Assembly (NCBI GenBank): GCA_034780895.1
Contig: JAUZTB010000076.1
Coordinates: 25,377,543 to 25,441,536, forward strand
Origin: Rhynchobatus australiae
Taxonomy: Eukaryota
Direction: 5' to 3'
DNA: 63,994 bases
Positions 1 through 13,415 of this stretch are shown one piece after another; position 1 is the stretch's first letter, and the number at the start of each line of letters is the position of its first letter. A program made the position numbers and the translations under genes. The notes under the pieces were generated by a model. It did not search any database, was not told the origin of the DNA, and was given only the letters and a program-made list of their open reading frames with translations.

Positions 1-264
1 ACTCTCCAACTGACTGGTCCAAAAACTTCTTGCATCCTTTATCTTCTGTTGATGTAAGCACACCACACACACTACTGTATCTTAAAGGGACATTCACCAT
101 TAGTAACCTAGTTCATAACACAGATACTTCTCACATTAAAGTAAACACACTTCAACCCATCCAACTGACTGCAATTTTTCTCATTCAACTGCCTATCCTT
201 CCTCTCAGTCTTTCTGCATGCTGCATCTACTTGTACACTAAATGCACAACCTCTGACCTATCAC

Positions 265-413
265 TTAGGTTCCCAGCCCCCTGCCAAACTAGTTTAAACC
301 CTACCCAACAGCTCTTGCAAACCTGCTCGCAAGAAAATTGGTTCCCCCTCCAGGTGTAACCCGTCCCTTTTGTACAGGTTTTACCTTCCCCAGCAGAGAT
401 CCCAATGATCCAT
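265..413 (-). mobile_element. CR1 LINE ORF1 C-terminal (SGNH esterase-like) fragment
   Basis: Minus strand reads DHWDLCWGR*NLYKRDGLHL, typical of the CR1 ORF1 end; a similar sequence lies near 30850. Confidence 0.7.
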
Positions 414-983
414 AGATATTTGGCAAGGCAGAGGCTGATTAGGGATACTCATCATGGCTTTGTGCAGGGGAAGTCCTGCCTCACTAATTTGATGAAGTTT
501 TGTTTTGAAAAGGTAACTAAGAAGATTGATGAAATCAGGGCAATGGATGTTGTCTATATGAAGTTTAGTTGAGGCATTTTACAAGGTCCCACATTATAGG
601 CTCATCCAGAAGGTGGGAAAGAAGGTGAGCTGGTTGATTGGATCCAAAATTAATTTTGTAAGAGGAGGCAGAGGGTGGTTGTCGAAGGATGCTTTTCTCA
701 TTGGAAATCTGTGATTAGTGGTGTACTGCAGGTATCAGTGCTGGGGCCCTTGTTGTTCGTGATGTATATTGACAACATGAACATGAATGTAGGAGGTATG
801 GTTAGTAAGTCAGCAGATGATACAAAAATTGGTGGCATTGTGTATACCAAGGAAGATTATCAAAAACTACAGCATGATTGTAGAAAAGTTGGGGAGAACA
901 TTGGCAGAATCCTGACAAGTGCAAGGTGATGTATTTTGGGAAATCAGATGGGGTAGGGGATATACAGTAAATAGTAGGGAATG
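414..983 (+). mobile_element. CR1 LINE ORF2 reverse transcriptase fragment (runs into gap)
   Basis: HGFVQGKSCLTNL, SGVLQVSVLGPLLFVMYI and SADDTKIGG motifs, with stops and frameshifts. Confidence 0.9.
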
Positions 984-2058
984 NNNNNNNNNNNNNNNNN
1001 NNNNNNNNNNNNNNNNNNNNNNNNNNNNNNNNNNNNNNNNNNNNNNNNNNNNNNNNNNNNNNNNNNNNNNNNNNNNNNNNNNNNNNNNNNNNNNNNNNNN
1101 NNNNNNNNNNNNNNNNNNNNNNNNNNNNNNNNNNNNNNNNNNNNNNNNNNNNNNNNNNNNNNNNNNNNNNNNNNNNNNNNNNNNNNNNNNNNNNNNNNNN
1201 NNNNNNNNNNNNNNNNNNNNNNNNNNNNNNNNNNNNNNNNNNNNNNNNNNNNNNNNNNNNNNNNNNNNNNNNNNNNNNNNNNNNNNNNNNNNNNNNNNNN
1301 NNNNNNNNNNNNNNNNNNNNNNNNNNNNNNNNNNNNNNNNNNNNNNNNNNNNNNNNNNNNNNNNNNNNNNNNNNNNNNNNNNNNNNNNNNNNNNNNNNNN
1401 NNNNNNNNNNNNNNNNNNNNNNNNNNNNNNNNNNNNNNNNNNNNNNNNNNNNNNNNNNNNNNNNNNNNNNNNNNNNNNNNNNNNNNNNNNNNNNNNNNNN
1501 NNNNNNNNNNNNNNNNNNNNNNNNNNNNNNNNNNNNNNNNNNNNNNNNNNNNNNNNNNNNNNNNNNNNNNNNNNNNNNNNNNNNNNNNNNNNNNNNNNNN
1601 NNNNNNNNNNNNNNNNNNNNNNNNNNNNNNNNNNNNNNNNNNNNNNNNNNNNNNNNNNNNNNNNNNNNNNNNNNNNNNNNNNNNNNNNNNNNNNNNNNNN
1701 NNNNNNNNNNNNNNNNNNNNNNNNNNNNNNNNNNNNNNNNNNNNNNNNNNNNNNNNNNNNNNNNNNNNNNNNNNNNNNNNNNNNNNNNNNNNNNNNNNNN
1801 NNNNNNNNNNNNNNNNNNNNNNNNNNNNNNNNNNNNNNNNNNNNNNNNNNNNNNNNNNNNNNNNNNGCTGTGTTTATTAAACAGTACGGGCCCCTCCTTT
1901 TCTGACTTCACGTTGACATGCCACATGTTCCTTATTTTTGAGGCTTCCTTTGTTTTTAGTTGGTTAAGTGGCAAAAAGTCAAATCCATTTATTAAATTCA
2001 ACCCAAAGTAGTAAAATGGCTGTTAACCCCCAGTTAGGCTTTTCAGGAAGCCAAACAT

Positions 2059-2150
2059 AAACAGAAAATGTTTGAAGTACTTAGCAGGTCACGCTGCCTA
2101 GCATTTTCTGTTTTTTATTTTAGATTTCCAGCATCTGCAGTTTTTTTTTG
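2059..2150. mobile_element. Inverted fusion of two Penelope-like element termini, ribozyme part absent
   Basis: aaacagaaaatg...gcattttctgttt inverted pair followed by agatttccagcatctgcag, the terminus seen in the other copies. Confidence 0.6.
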
Positions 2151-2732
2151 ATTTTGAAGCTGGACATCTTTTTGAAGTTGATGCTCTGAGAAACTGAATA
2201 ACACCAACTGCTAAATCAATAACTAGCCTACTTTCAGAAACATCTGTCCAAAGTCCATTTTCCACCCTTGCCCCTCATGTCATCTGGTGGTTGGGTGTTC
2301 AATAATTCCTTTGAACTCCCCTCTGGCTATCTGAGAGTGTTTAATTTGAGACTAGTGGAATAGAATGTTGGGCTACCCTTTGGGTTTTTTTTATAGCTCA
2401 GTGGAATAGATTAGTGGACAGCCGCTTGGTTACAAGGGAGCTCAATGAACAAGTGCGTATATGAGTGCAGTCTTTCAGTTCCGAATGAAGTTGGAGGAGC
2501 TGAGAGAGGGGCTGTGAAGTGCAAGCTGGGACAGAGACTGAAGGAAGATGTAAGTGGAGAGGAAACTAAAAGAGAGAGAAGATTAGGAGTGCATGCATGG
2601 TATGCAGTAGAACATGGTTTCCAGTTGTCCTGGATCCCCTTACCATTGGACTAATATCTCGTCTATCAAGACTATATAGTACCTGGTGGGCAATGGCAGA
2701 ACTGGAATGGAAGCAACTCATCCTCAGCCTTG

Positions 2733-4090
2733 TATTTAACATCACAAAACACGGCCATTTGATCCTTTGATTCTGCAACTGTATTTTTGTCCTCGGGGCT
2801 AATTCCATTCTTCTGTTCAATTCTCATATTCTTCAAAATTCTGCCTAAGAGGAAGAAGTTAATCTGCACTGATTCTGTGTATGGTTTTATCTTTAGTAAT
2901 AAATCAGAAATGAGTCCAGAATGTCATTCAGACTGAGAATAGATGGGGCCACAAAAATCTTATTTTCTCAACGCAATACAGGCTAGTCCTGCCAGATGCT
3001 TAACAANNNNNNNNNNNNNNNNNNNNNNNNNNNNNNNNNNNNNNNNNNNNNNNNNNNNNNNNNNNNNNNNNNNNNNNNNNNNNNNNNNNNNNNNNNNNNN
3101 NNNNNNTTAACAATCAATGCAAGTTATCTGATGAAAGAAAAACACTGATTATAACTATGTAATGGTTCATTATCAATTTCTCTTCATCTTCATCCATTTG
3201 ATGTATTGCTTATTGTAGTTTCTATTGACTGTGATCTCCTATCCTGAGATTCACACTTTTATCAATAAGAAATCAACAGTATTAGCTTGGGAAATTAAAG
3301 CTGTGCAAGTGTTTACCACCAAAGTAGATAGTTCTTTAGAAAATTAGGCTACCCTCACTTCAGCTTCGTAGTTTATTGTTTATGCATGCAGTCATGGAGT
3401 CATACAATATGGAAATGGGCCTTTTGCCCAACTGGTCCATGCTGATAAAGATAGCCACCCAAGCTAGTCCCATATATCCATTTGTGGTGTATATGCTCAA
3501 GGTATTTTTGTATGAGGTTAAATCTGGGTATGTTTGCATTGATTAACATTGAAAAGTCTCCATCAAGGCTTATTTGTTAATGTTGTTCTTCAACCATGAG
3601 GAAAAACAAATATCTCTTCTCATAAACTAAAATAAAAATTGCAAATGTATCCATCCAGCTTGCCAGTAAACCAGTAAATATGTTGTATGTTTAAGACAAT
3701 ATTGTAATTTATAGTTTATGGACAACATAACTTGAGAGTTTGCATGATAGCTTCTTAGGACATTCTGCAGTAATCACAATAGAAGTTTTTTGTTGCTTAT
3801 CTGGTGAAGTTACTGCAAATCAACAAGAACAAGTTAGGAAATGGAAAGTTCAGGAATTCTGATTCTTCAGGGAGATGGATACACAAAAATCATTTAAAGT
3901 AACAATCCTAATTGTTAAGATCACAGATTCTTTGGTATTATATTCTTGGCATTATATTCAGCTGCACAGAGAAAAAAAGAGGAATTTTGAAGAGTATGAG
4001 GAGTGAACAGAAGAATGGAATTAGTCCAGAGGGCAAAAATACTGTTGCAAAATCAAAGGATCAAATGGCTGTGTTTTGCGATGTTAAATA
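2733..4090. repeat. Long-range inverted repeat: 109-bp arms at 2733-2841 and 3982-4090
   Basis: Ungapped reverse-complement match with 10 mismatches in 109 (hand count). It explains the near-identical peptides in ORFs 2672-2869(-) and 3912-4148(+). Confidence 0.95.
3390..3480 (-). mobile_element. CR1 3' end fragment
   Basis: agtcatggagtcatac...ggtccatgctga...caagctagtccca, matching the CR1 3' ends at 27816 and 35817. Confidence 0.75.
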
Positions 4091-4629
4091 TAATGGTTTT
4101 AAAACATTGAAATTACAAGAAAGAAGGGGATGTACTTCTAGAATTTAGGAACATATTGGAGTGGATTTGGAAAAACTAATGCATTTTCAGCAATGAATAG
4201 ATGCCAAAATATGGTTATAAAGAGTAATGATTACACAAAGTAATTTTATATTAGAATATATGTTTGGTACTATAACAAAGGACCACAGGAGTTTTAATAA
4301 AGATAGAGGGCTGACAGATGTTTGCATCAGATAATGAATCATTCAGAATGATTATCAGATTGCATCCAGATGATTTATTCAACATGTAAATTCAGGTTAC
4401 TTTCTACACTCTGTGATTATAGCATGAAGTTCTGAGGCAGTGTTGTCCTTTTGTTTTGCCAGTGGAGGGTACTGGAAGGATGCTCTTGTGATTCATGTAT
4501 TGTGATTATACTGGACAATTAACAATGTTGAAGTAATTGTTGCGAGCTTATTCTGTCATAATTGCCTGTTAATATCTGAGGAATAACATTACAATACAAC
4601 GATGAGCAGAGGAAATTATAGTGTGTTTT

Positions 4630-5125
4630 GATAGCATCACGCAGCACTGAAAGAGACCAATCGGCCCATTGTTTTTGTGCCAGTGAAAGAATTAATTATC
4701 TTTTATCCTTTTCCAGTTGCCTTGTATATATTTTCTTTTAAAATATTCAATGTCCATTTCACTTTCAGGTAGTGCACTCTATATTATAACTCCTGGGTAT
4801 TTTTTTTCCCTGTCAGCTGTTTTGTTAATTAGCTTAAATCAGTAGCTACCGATCCTGTTGCCACAGGAAACATTTTGTCCTTTTTTATTCTGTCAAATCT
4901 CTTCATGATCTTAAGTACCACTATAAAAGCTGTCTTTCATCATTTCTAACTCTAAGGAAAAGCAACCCTAGCAAGGGCAACCCCAGCTTCTCTTGTCTCT
5001 GTAAGTAACTGAAGTCTTTCATTCCTGGTGCCATCGTAATAAATCCCATCTACAATCTTGCAATGGCTTTGACATTCCTCCTAAAAGTGTCCTGCCCAGA
5101 GTTGGCTATGGTATTCCAGCTGTGT
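4630..5125 (-). mobile_element. Degenerate CR1 3' region
   Basis: Diverged similarity to other CR1 3' ends (cagcactgaaagagaccaatcggccca; tgcccagagttggctatggtattccagctg). Confidence 0.55.
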
Positions 5126-5169
5126 TGTAATATTCTGGATGAAATACTGTGTCAAGACCCATCTTTACT

Positions 5170-5412
5170 TTCAGGTGGATGCAGAAAAATCCTATGACAC
5201 TATTTAAAAGAAAAGCACTGTTCTGATTAGATTTATCTCTCAACTTCCTTTACTGAAATAAGTGATCTGATCACTATGGCTTTGCTGTTTATGGAGTCTT
5301 ACTGTAAAAATAGATTACTAGATTTTCTGTATGAGAGTAATTACTATAATTCAAAGTTTGCTTTGTTGTAACATTCTTTGGGATATTCTGGAGTGAAATG
5401 GATGATATAAAT
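5170..5412 (+). mobile_element. Deu-domain SINE (SacSINE1/AmnSINE1-like), partial
   Basis: tcaggtggatgcagaaaaatcctatgacactatt...ttgctgtttatggagtcttactgt...ctttgggatattctgg...atataaat fits the Deu-domain and tail consensus. Confidence 0.7.
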
Positions 5413-6292
5413 ACCCTGCAACTTCAAAGATGTATATTCGAACAAATCAATTCACCAATTTTATCTGCCAGTTATTAGTTTGTTTCGTCCTTCCATTCAT
5501 GTTTTCTTGATGTCTGCCTCTCTTCAGAAGTAACCATGTTGCTTATTTTAACACCACAAGTAAACTTTATCGTATACAATGTAGTATAGCCAATGCCATC
5601 CAATGAGGGGCACAAATGTATGTCTCTTCAATTTAGTAAATAGCAACTCACTCATCCTTGCTGCATTTTGTTCTGTTGCAGTTCTTGTAGGCACAATGAT
5701 TTTTTTCTTAATTCCATGGATTTAAATTATGTTAACAAACCTCTTGAAAGGTATTTGATAAAGAACTGCTTGAATATACAGATATACAGCATCAACCACA
5801 CTCCCTTCATGAACTCTCTTCCATTTGCCTTTTACAGAATAGTACAGGGTTGTATTTATTAATTAGCACTTGGAAATGCCATATGGATTAATATTGTGTT
5901 AATTTAAAATGGAGTGAGTGGGATATGGTGTTGGAGGAGAGATGGAGATATGGTTAAATGATCTGGAGCAGAGAACATGAGAAACCTTTTACTTGAGGGT
6001 TATGAGGCAATGCAATCCACTACTTCGGTCAGTCAGTGAACCAGAGATTATTTCAGTAATAGATTACATATGTAATGTAAAAAGGGTAAAGTAGGGTGCA
6101 TAGGATGAGGACTACCATTTGCATCCCTGATGAATATCAATCACAGAATAATCTTGTTTCAGTGTTGTAATGTCTGAATGTTAGGGTAAATGGGATTTCA
6201 AATTCTTATCCTTGAAACTAGAGTGGGTGGATGGGTGGGATGGTGGTGGTAGTTGAAATGACAGTGGTACATGAATTTTACCTGTGAAAAAT

Positions 6293-6845
6293 GAAAACTT
6301 ATTTATATAGTGCCTTTCAAGGCCTCAACATGCTCCAAATGGTTTCACAGTTAATAGTTTTTTTTGAGATGTATGATGTAGGAAATGAGGCAGTTAATTT
6401 GCTAACCACAACAAGATTTCATAAAAAGCAATACAATAATGGCTAAATAACCTTAATGATTGTGAAGCAAACAAATTACAGATTTGAAATAAATAATATT
6501 TGAAATGTGCAGAACCCCAAAAGCCATTCAAAGCAGAATAGCAATCAAGTAATCTGATAGCTGTTGCAGAGCAATATCACAGTAAGCAGATAGTTTACCA
6601 CTGTTGTTATAGTTTGATGGATAAATATTAGCCATGGTGCCGAAAAGAACTCCTGGTTATTTCAAGTGGTGCCTTAGAATCTTTTCCATTGGCATGAAAG
6701 ATAAAACTGAATCTCTATTTAGGTGGCACATTTGGCGGTGCCAAACTCCCTTTGTATTGCTCAGGGGTTTGTGTTGGAATCCTTGAGAGTGTCCTGAGTA
6801 TCTTTCTTTCTCAGTCAGTGGTGAAAATGACACTGGGCTCCCAGC
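6293..6845 (-). mobile_element. Deu-domain SINE
   Basis: Reverse complement of the same consensus (acttatttatatagtgcctttca...gataaatattagcc...gtgccttagaatctttt). Confidence 0.7.
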
Positions 6846-7607
6846 CAAGAGGATTGAGGTAGAGGCAGCACAGTGGCACTATTTCCCTGTCCTTCCATCT
6901 GTCTCTTTTTTTTCCCCTGTGAGTTCTTGTTACCTTTCAGAGCAGGTGGGTAGGCTTTCACTCTATCATTGAATTTTTTTTCCCTTATTTCTCCTTATTC
7001 CCCTCTCTCTCCTTTCCCTTGTTCCTCTCTTCCTCTACTTACTCTTTGCTCTCTCTCTCTCTCTCTCTCTTCCTTTCCCTCAATCACTCCTGGTGTTTTT
7101 GTTGCCCATTTAATCACAAGACAGCAACTTTGAGAATTGCTTGTCATTGGCAGGTAGGTAGCTTTTGTTCCTTCGTCTCTAAATTAATCCAGACTATCGA
7201 AACAACAGGAATAGAGGGGGACAGTCCAGCAGCTATGCAGGGAGGGGATGGAAAGTGGGGTGTCTGATGTCCACGGTAAGGTAGCAAGCTGAAAGTGGCC
7301 TATTTTGTGATCTTATCAATGATTGGGCTTCCTGAATGAGGATAATGACCTCAAATAGGATTACAACATCAAGTGATATTTATGGCACTGAAGAAATCAT
7401 TGTGACATTTTGCTGAAGCTTTATTTTGAGCACCAGATTCTTTGATATTTACTCAGTATTAAAATTCCATGCTGTGGAAAACTTGCTTGTACAAGTACTT
7501 TTGCGCCTCAGTGGATTTGTTTGTATTTTACATAGCTTTACATGACTTTGGTTTGCATTGAGTCCATAATGCAGTTCTTTACCTGTGGCAAACCTCACAG
7601 TTAGCAT

Positions 7608-7875
7608 ATTGAACGGTTCCCTTATACAATGAGATGGACGAGGACCTCACGATCTACCCTCTTGTGAACTTGCACCTTATTGCACTGCACTTTCTCTGTA
7701 GCTGTGACACTTTATTCTGTACTGTTACTCTTTTTACCTGTACTACATCAATGCACTTTGTACTAACTCAATGTAACTACATTGTGTAATGAATTGAGCT
7801 GTACGATCAGTTTGTAAGACAAGCTTTTCACTACCTCGGTACTAATGACAATAATAAACCAATACCAATACCAAT
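7608..7875 (+). mobile_element. Rex1/Babar LINE 3' UTR
   Basis: Same 3' UTR as the Rex1 copies at 17520 and 26771; ends in aataataaaccaataccaatacca. Confidence 0.85.
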
Positions 7876-10041
7876 CTCAAGGACTGCTAATGAGTCTGTG
7901 CATCAATTCCTCTGCCTTCCCCCTAGTATTGTATCTTATGTAACCACTTCAGGAAAGAAAGCCAAATGGATTTTGTCCCATCATGCTTTCAATGGTTCAT
8001 CTTGTTTGTAGTCTTGGAGATGACACTCAACTTCAAATTTTACTAAAAGCTTTAATATTGCAAACAAATTGCAAGTTTCAATTTGAATTTTTTTCAGGGG
8101 ACTAGAATGTGTTATGTTTTGTGTACTCATAACAATGGTGCCCAGCTGCAGCATTATCCGATAATAACCCAGTGATAAATACTGAAATGTTTTCACTGCA
8201 AAAATGTATAGAGTGATTATCCACCTTTATTTGCCACCTTTAAACCAAGTTTATAATTCATAGATTTTATGATGGTGAATATCCAGCTTCTAGTCTGTAA
8301 ATAAAAAGAAATTTTTGCTGTATTGCAGATAAAATATTATTAAATTCACTGCCAGCCAAATTGAAAGGGAAGGAATTTTATGGTTTTTTAGAAAAGATGT
8401 ACAAATTTATTTGATTAGCAATTAGTAAGCAGGTTTCTTTACACCCTCCTTTAATTTGGATGTTATCAGTTGCTTTGCTCAAAGCAATTCTGTCCATGTA
8501 ACCGATATTGGAAAAATCCTTTTCCTTCTAAATGAATTCTCTATTCATGGTTCACTTTCAAGATAAATCCATACCTAATCCAAGCATAGAATTGAAATGG
8601 GCCAGATCACTTCCCATTCAGCACATTATCTAGACAATATTTGGATGTCCAAGCATAAAATGCTCGCCAATTATTCATGTTTTTCATTTTTCAGCGCACT
8701 GAATTTTGTCAGTCATCTTTCGTTCAGTTACAGCTTCTTGTAAAACATTGTATTTCATATAATGAAGTGTTTTAATTTAGATTCAGTTGCAGCATGAATA
8801 ACCAAATGAGGTGACGTTCTGCAAGTATTACAGATCGATCACATTTAATAAACGGTCTGCAGAAACCTTGATCTAAATATATTTTTATTGGCAAATGTCA
8901 AAAGTAAGGAGATTATGAGCTTAATAGCTTTCATTGTAGAAGCACTAGTTTCATTTTAATGTTCTCTTAGAACTTTAACAGTGGAGGAATTTGTTCCATG
9001 TATGTGTATAAAGAAAAAGATATATATATACTGGCTGCTGTGTGTTCCTACATTTTTATCTTTCACACCAAATAATCTTGACAAACTGTGTGTTTAAGAT
9101 AACTTTTGGTTCTACATCACTTGGTAACGTAAATACTACACAGATGTAGTTAGAAAAACAACTCAAAAATACATTCACTATCATATTTATAATAGCAAAA
9201 CAGAATTTAAGATAGTAATTTGATATCTGGTTTTATATGGTGAATATAAGTTGGTTCTGCATTTTAGGATAACGTTTGAACAACTTAATTTGATTACTGC
9301 CTTGAACTTCCCTAAGAAGTATTGATTTCCTTGATGTAGTACAGGGAGAGTTCTACTACAGAATACGCAGATATTACTGATTCAAAATTCAATTGCTGGT
9401 CTACAGTACAGCAACACCTGCAAGTTTAGAACCTAAATTTACTTCAAGTCCTACCAAAACAGAATGAAGCTAAAATCAGTTGGAGTTTAATTGTACAATT
9501 ATATTTATTGCACATTGTACAAAATCTTGTAACAAATAATATTTAATATAGTAGTATGTTTTAAATCTAATGTATTCAAAGTTCCAAAAATTACTGCAAT
9601 TTTTCTATATTTTAATGATTTTTTAATACATCTCATCATTGAGCTGAAGGCTATAATACTTTTTTAAAAAAATGCTAAATCTTTAGGTTCATTTCTTCAT
9701 TGTGTAAGAGTTCTATTGCTGGGTCTAAATTGTTGGAAAAATGGTTACATAGGAATTTTTGAGGAGGCCTCCCTATGAAGATGTATATCAATGTTATCAT
9801 TTGTGTTCTTATTTCAATGTTTAAGTCACCGATATAGTTTGTTTCAGAAAAATGTTGAAAGTTATTTCTGTTAAGATTATAAAACAGGAAGCAGCATTGC
9901 AGATTTCCCATTCAGTGGATCTTTAGCTGTTTGGATAGTAGCTTGGCTTAAACTTATCTCCATAATCTAACAACTATCATAAGAGCTTAATAAAAAGGCT
10001 TGTACTATAATAGAATCAAACTCTTTCCCTTTTTCTCTTAG

Positions 10042-10114
10042 GCTGCCAGGACAATGCCAGTACTTGGGTCTGCCAGTCCCTGATTACTTCAAGAAGTGGA
10101 TTAATCTCAAAAAG
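10042..10114 (+). CDS. ERI3: Internal coding exon of ERI1 exoribonuclease family member 3 (DEDDh 3'-5' exonuclease)
   Basis: Pyrimidine tract and TAG acceptor (ctctttccctttttctcttag), then a 73-nt exon reading G|CTG CCA GGA CAA TGC CAG TAC...AAT CTC AAA AAG = (M)LPGQCQYLGLPVPDYFKKWINLKK, then donor AAG|gtactt. Matches my recall of vertebrate ERI3 (MLPGQCQYLGLPVADYFKQWINLKK). Too short for the ORF track. Confidence 0.93.
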
Positions 10115-13084
10115 GTACTTTGAGTAGCAGACATCGTTTTCAAGGATGAGGTCTTAGAGATGCTTAATGGCCAATCCTATTTACATTGAAATGAGGAGCT
10201 GATGGCTCTAAGCCTGGTTTTATTCTGATATTGGGATTTTCTTTTTGTGTCAGAGCTAAATAGGATATTATGTACAATCTGAACTCAGAAGTTTCTCTCA
10301 TAGCTGTCTTGTAAGCATGTGTTGCCTTTGGGGTAATCAGGAAAAAATATTATGTCCTTACAATCACTGGGTTTAGGAATATTAAAATGTCTTGGTGCAT
10401 ATGCAGTGTTATTTTGATTGGTATTTTAACCTTTGACTAGCCTATAAAGAAATTCTCTCTTCAAGCCAATATTACATTGCTGAAATTTAATTCAGAAATC
10501 ATACCAGATAATAGGAAGACAGATAATGTATGCATGAAGGATATTATATTTGGTCTAAATGCAGAGAGGCCAGGACTTTGTACTTGAATAATAGCCCAGA
10601 GTGACTTATAATCTGCCGGCGAGAAATACCTTACTGTCAGTGTAGAAAGGAGAACTCTTAAATCAGTGAAGAATAAAAAAAAACTTGAAAGTGAGAGGAC
10701 AAAGGCACAGGTCTTCCATTAACCCTTAAATTATCTACTTTTGCACTTTTTCAGCAAGTTTTTCCTCCAGTACTCTGATACTTCCGTTTCCACCATCTAT
10801 CATTATATCTACAATTTTGGCTTTTGTTTCTAAGGGCATGACTAGACTGCAGCATTATAATGCAACATCAACCATCTGACCTTTTACTTGACTGTGCAGC
10901 TTTTGCTTACAATGTACAGCATTTTTCTTTTATGTATTTCAAAAGGCAATCAGTGTGGTCTTATAAAAATAACAAATTAGTAGTTTTTATATAGAATGAT
11001 CAATATTATAATCTGATGTAATTTTTTACTCTTTTTTAAAATAATCCCTTCAGACATCATTGTAAAAGGTTTAATACATTATTAACAATGTATAGACTTG
11101 TGTTGCTTGAGTTCAGAATTCTACAAATTCAACAGAGTCCAGGAAGCAAATCACCTACTATTCTGTTTCAGTTACTAATTATTTTTACTTCAACCACTAG
11201 TTCAGGTAGTTTTTTTGGACATATGCCCTATGGTGCATAAAGTAGCAGTTTGCTGATGACATAATTCAATTGCAAAAAAAATCTGATTCAAAAGTGATTT
11301 GCTTTTTTTTATTCAGTTCTACTTCTGAAATTTTTCTGCAAAAAATGCAAAATATTTAAAATGTTTAAGTAATGCAGTATCCTTCAAGTACTAAGATAAT
11401 TGCAAGTAACTCTATTTTTTGTACAGGCTGCCNNNNNNNNNNNNNNNNNNGTACATGCACAGAACCAGGAAGAAGATGGCAGGATATCTAGATATTTGTC
11501 ATTTTGAGAGAGATCAGCAACATTGGTACTCCTTTCTGCCCCAGTACCATTACTGTAAAATATCTGGTCAAGGGAATTGATCTGCAGGATAGTAGAACTA
11601 ATGGGACTAAAGAAATTGATAAGGCACTGTGAGATATTTGTTTGCAACTCAGAAGCTTGTCGAGAAGCATTATTTTCTGATCTGAAATTCCAACCATCTA
11701 GGTTTCATGAAGGAGGGAGAAAGTGCCTTAGGGCTTACCTTAAGCGGAAAATATTTCTTGAGCCAGTACAAATTTAAAGTGGATTTCAGCTTTGCAAAAC
11801 CATTTAGTATTTCATCTCTTAAAATATTTTCTTAGGTGTAATTGAAAGTTACCAGGTTAGTTCCTACTGTAACATGGAGAGGACATTTTTGTTTACTTTA
11901 TTATCTCCAAATGTCTCTGTGCTGAAGAGTTCATTAACCAGAATGCTTAACAATTTGTAAAGAATAACTTCTACCTTATACTTAAAAAAAATTGTAATGT
12001 ATTTGCTTATATTTAACTCAGCTTATGACTAAATATGAGTTTTGTATTAGTAAGTGCCCCCTCCTTAACCCTCCAATGTTCGTCCTTTCTCATCAACCTT
12101 TCCTGAATATTGACTGGAGGTTGACTCTGTCGGAAAGGGTCAGCAGCTGCATAATAACGTTGAGATGAGGAAGGCACTGAGCAGAGTCCTGATTAACATA
12201 CAGCCAAGGGAGATAAGAGGGAAGAGCTTATGTGTCACTTTGCAGATGGCAAGCATCTGTTTTGACTACAAATTTGTAACAGTGAGATCCAGGAATTGCT
12301 TAGGCAAGGGGTAGGATTTGTCAATAGCTTGATGTTCCTTACGTACACAGCCAGCTAGCTTGAAAGAACACAGTACAAATCCCAAGTTAATCACCTACAA
12401 CTTGTTTTCTTGTACGATGGTGATCAAAAGGTTGTAGGTTGTGTTTGTTTTTAAAATGACTTCACATTAAAAAGCACATGGCAATCACATAGAACTACAT
12501 TTTTATTCCTACAATGTGAATAAATATAATTATCTAAACATATCAGATATAGAGATCTTTCCATCACTCTCCCTCTCTCATTTTCTCTCTCGTTCTTGCT
12601 TTCTGTCATCCAAGTTCTCTCTCTCTTTCTCTCCATCCGTCCATCCATCTACCCACTAGTATATAATCTTAACAGTTACTCAATAATCTTTTCTTGAGAT
12701 GTGTTTTAAAGAAGTAATTGAGAAGATGCATTTGATTACCAGTGCGGGATCAAAGAGAACCCAAATATCCTCAAATAAGTGATGAACAAAGGATGAAAAG
12801 TTTGGGATTTGTGGAGGCAGTGATATGGATGGTGTCATAGGTCCAGGCGAGATTGCCAGTTTGGAGAATAATGAGAATTTTATTTTTAAGATATTGAAAA
12901 TTTGAAGTCATTGGGTAGGGTAGTGGTACTTGGTGGAGATAGCATGAATACAGCGGCATACTAAATGTAGTAAAGTTTAAGTATAGTAGAGAATTGGAAA
13001 CCTAACAGGACACCATTATGCTAACTTAATATCTTCATATTATTTTTTGAATTGACTGGGCTTCAATAGTGTCCTTTTAACGTA

Positions 13085-13415
13085 ACAGATCAGCACAGAA
13101 GCAGGCCCTTCAGCCCATCTAGTCCATGTGGCCTGTTTTTCTGCCTACTGCCATCTACCTGCACCTGGACCATAGCCTCCTATGCATCCCTCATCTATCA
13201 CTGATCCAGACTTCCCTTAAATGTTAAAATTGAACCCGCATCCACCACTTTTGCTGGCAGCTCGTTCCGCACTCGCACCACCCTCTGAGTTCCCCCTCAG
13301 ATTTCCTTTTAAAGATTTCACCTTTCACCCTCAACCTCTGACCTTTAGTTCTAGTCTCACCCAACCTGAGGGGGAAAAGCCTGCATTGCATTCACCCTAT
13401 CTATACTCCCTCATT
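13085..13415 (-). mobile_element. CR1 3' end
   Basis: cagcacagaagcaggcccttcagccca...ctggcagctcgttcc...ttcaccctatctat. Confidence 0.75.

Noticed and set aside
802-2001. Long ORFs here and at 15051-15521, 16647-17654 and 55241-56268
   Set aside because: Artefacts of translating through N gaps.
2672-4148. Two ORFs with near-identical peptides (EQKNGISPE.KNTVA.SKDQMAVFCDVKY), suggesting a small gene pair
   Set aside because: Explained by the DNA inverted repeat; similarity stops at the arm edges and there is no recognisable protein or splice structure.
6185-6210. tgggatttcaaa (WDFK) resembling the preceding ERI3 exon (TCGDWDLK)
   Set aside because: No TCGD upstream and no suitable donor; chance match.
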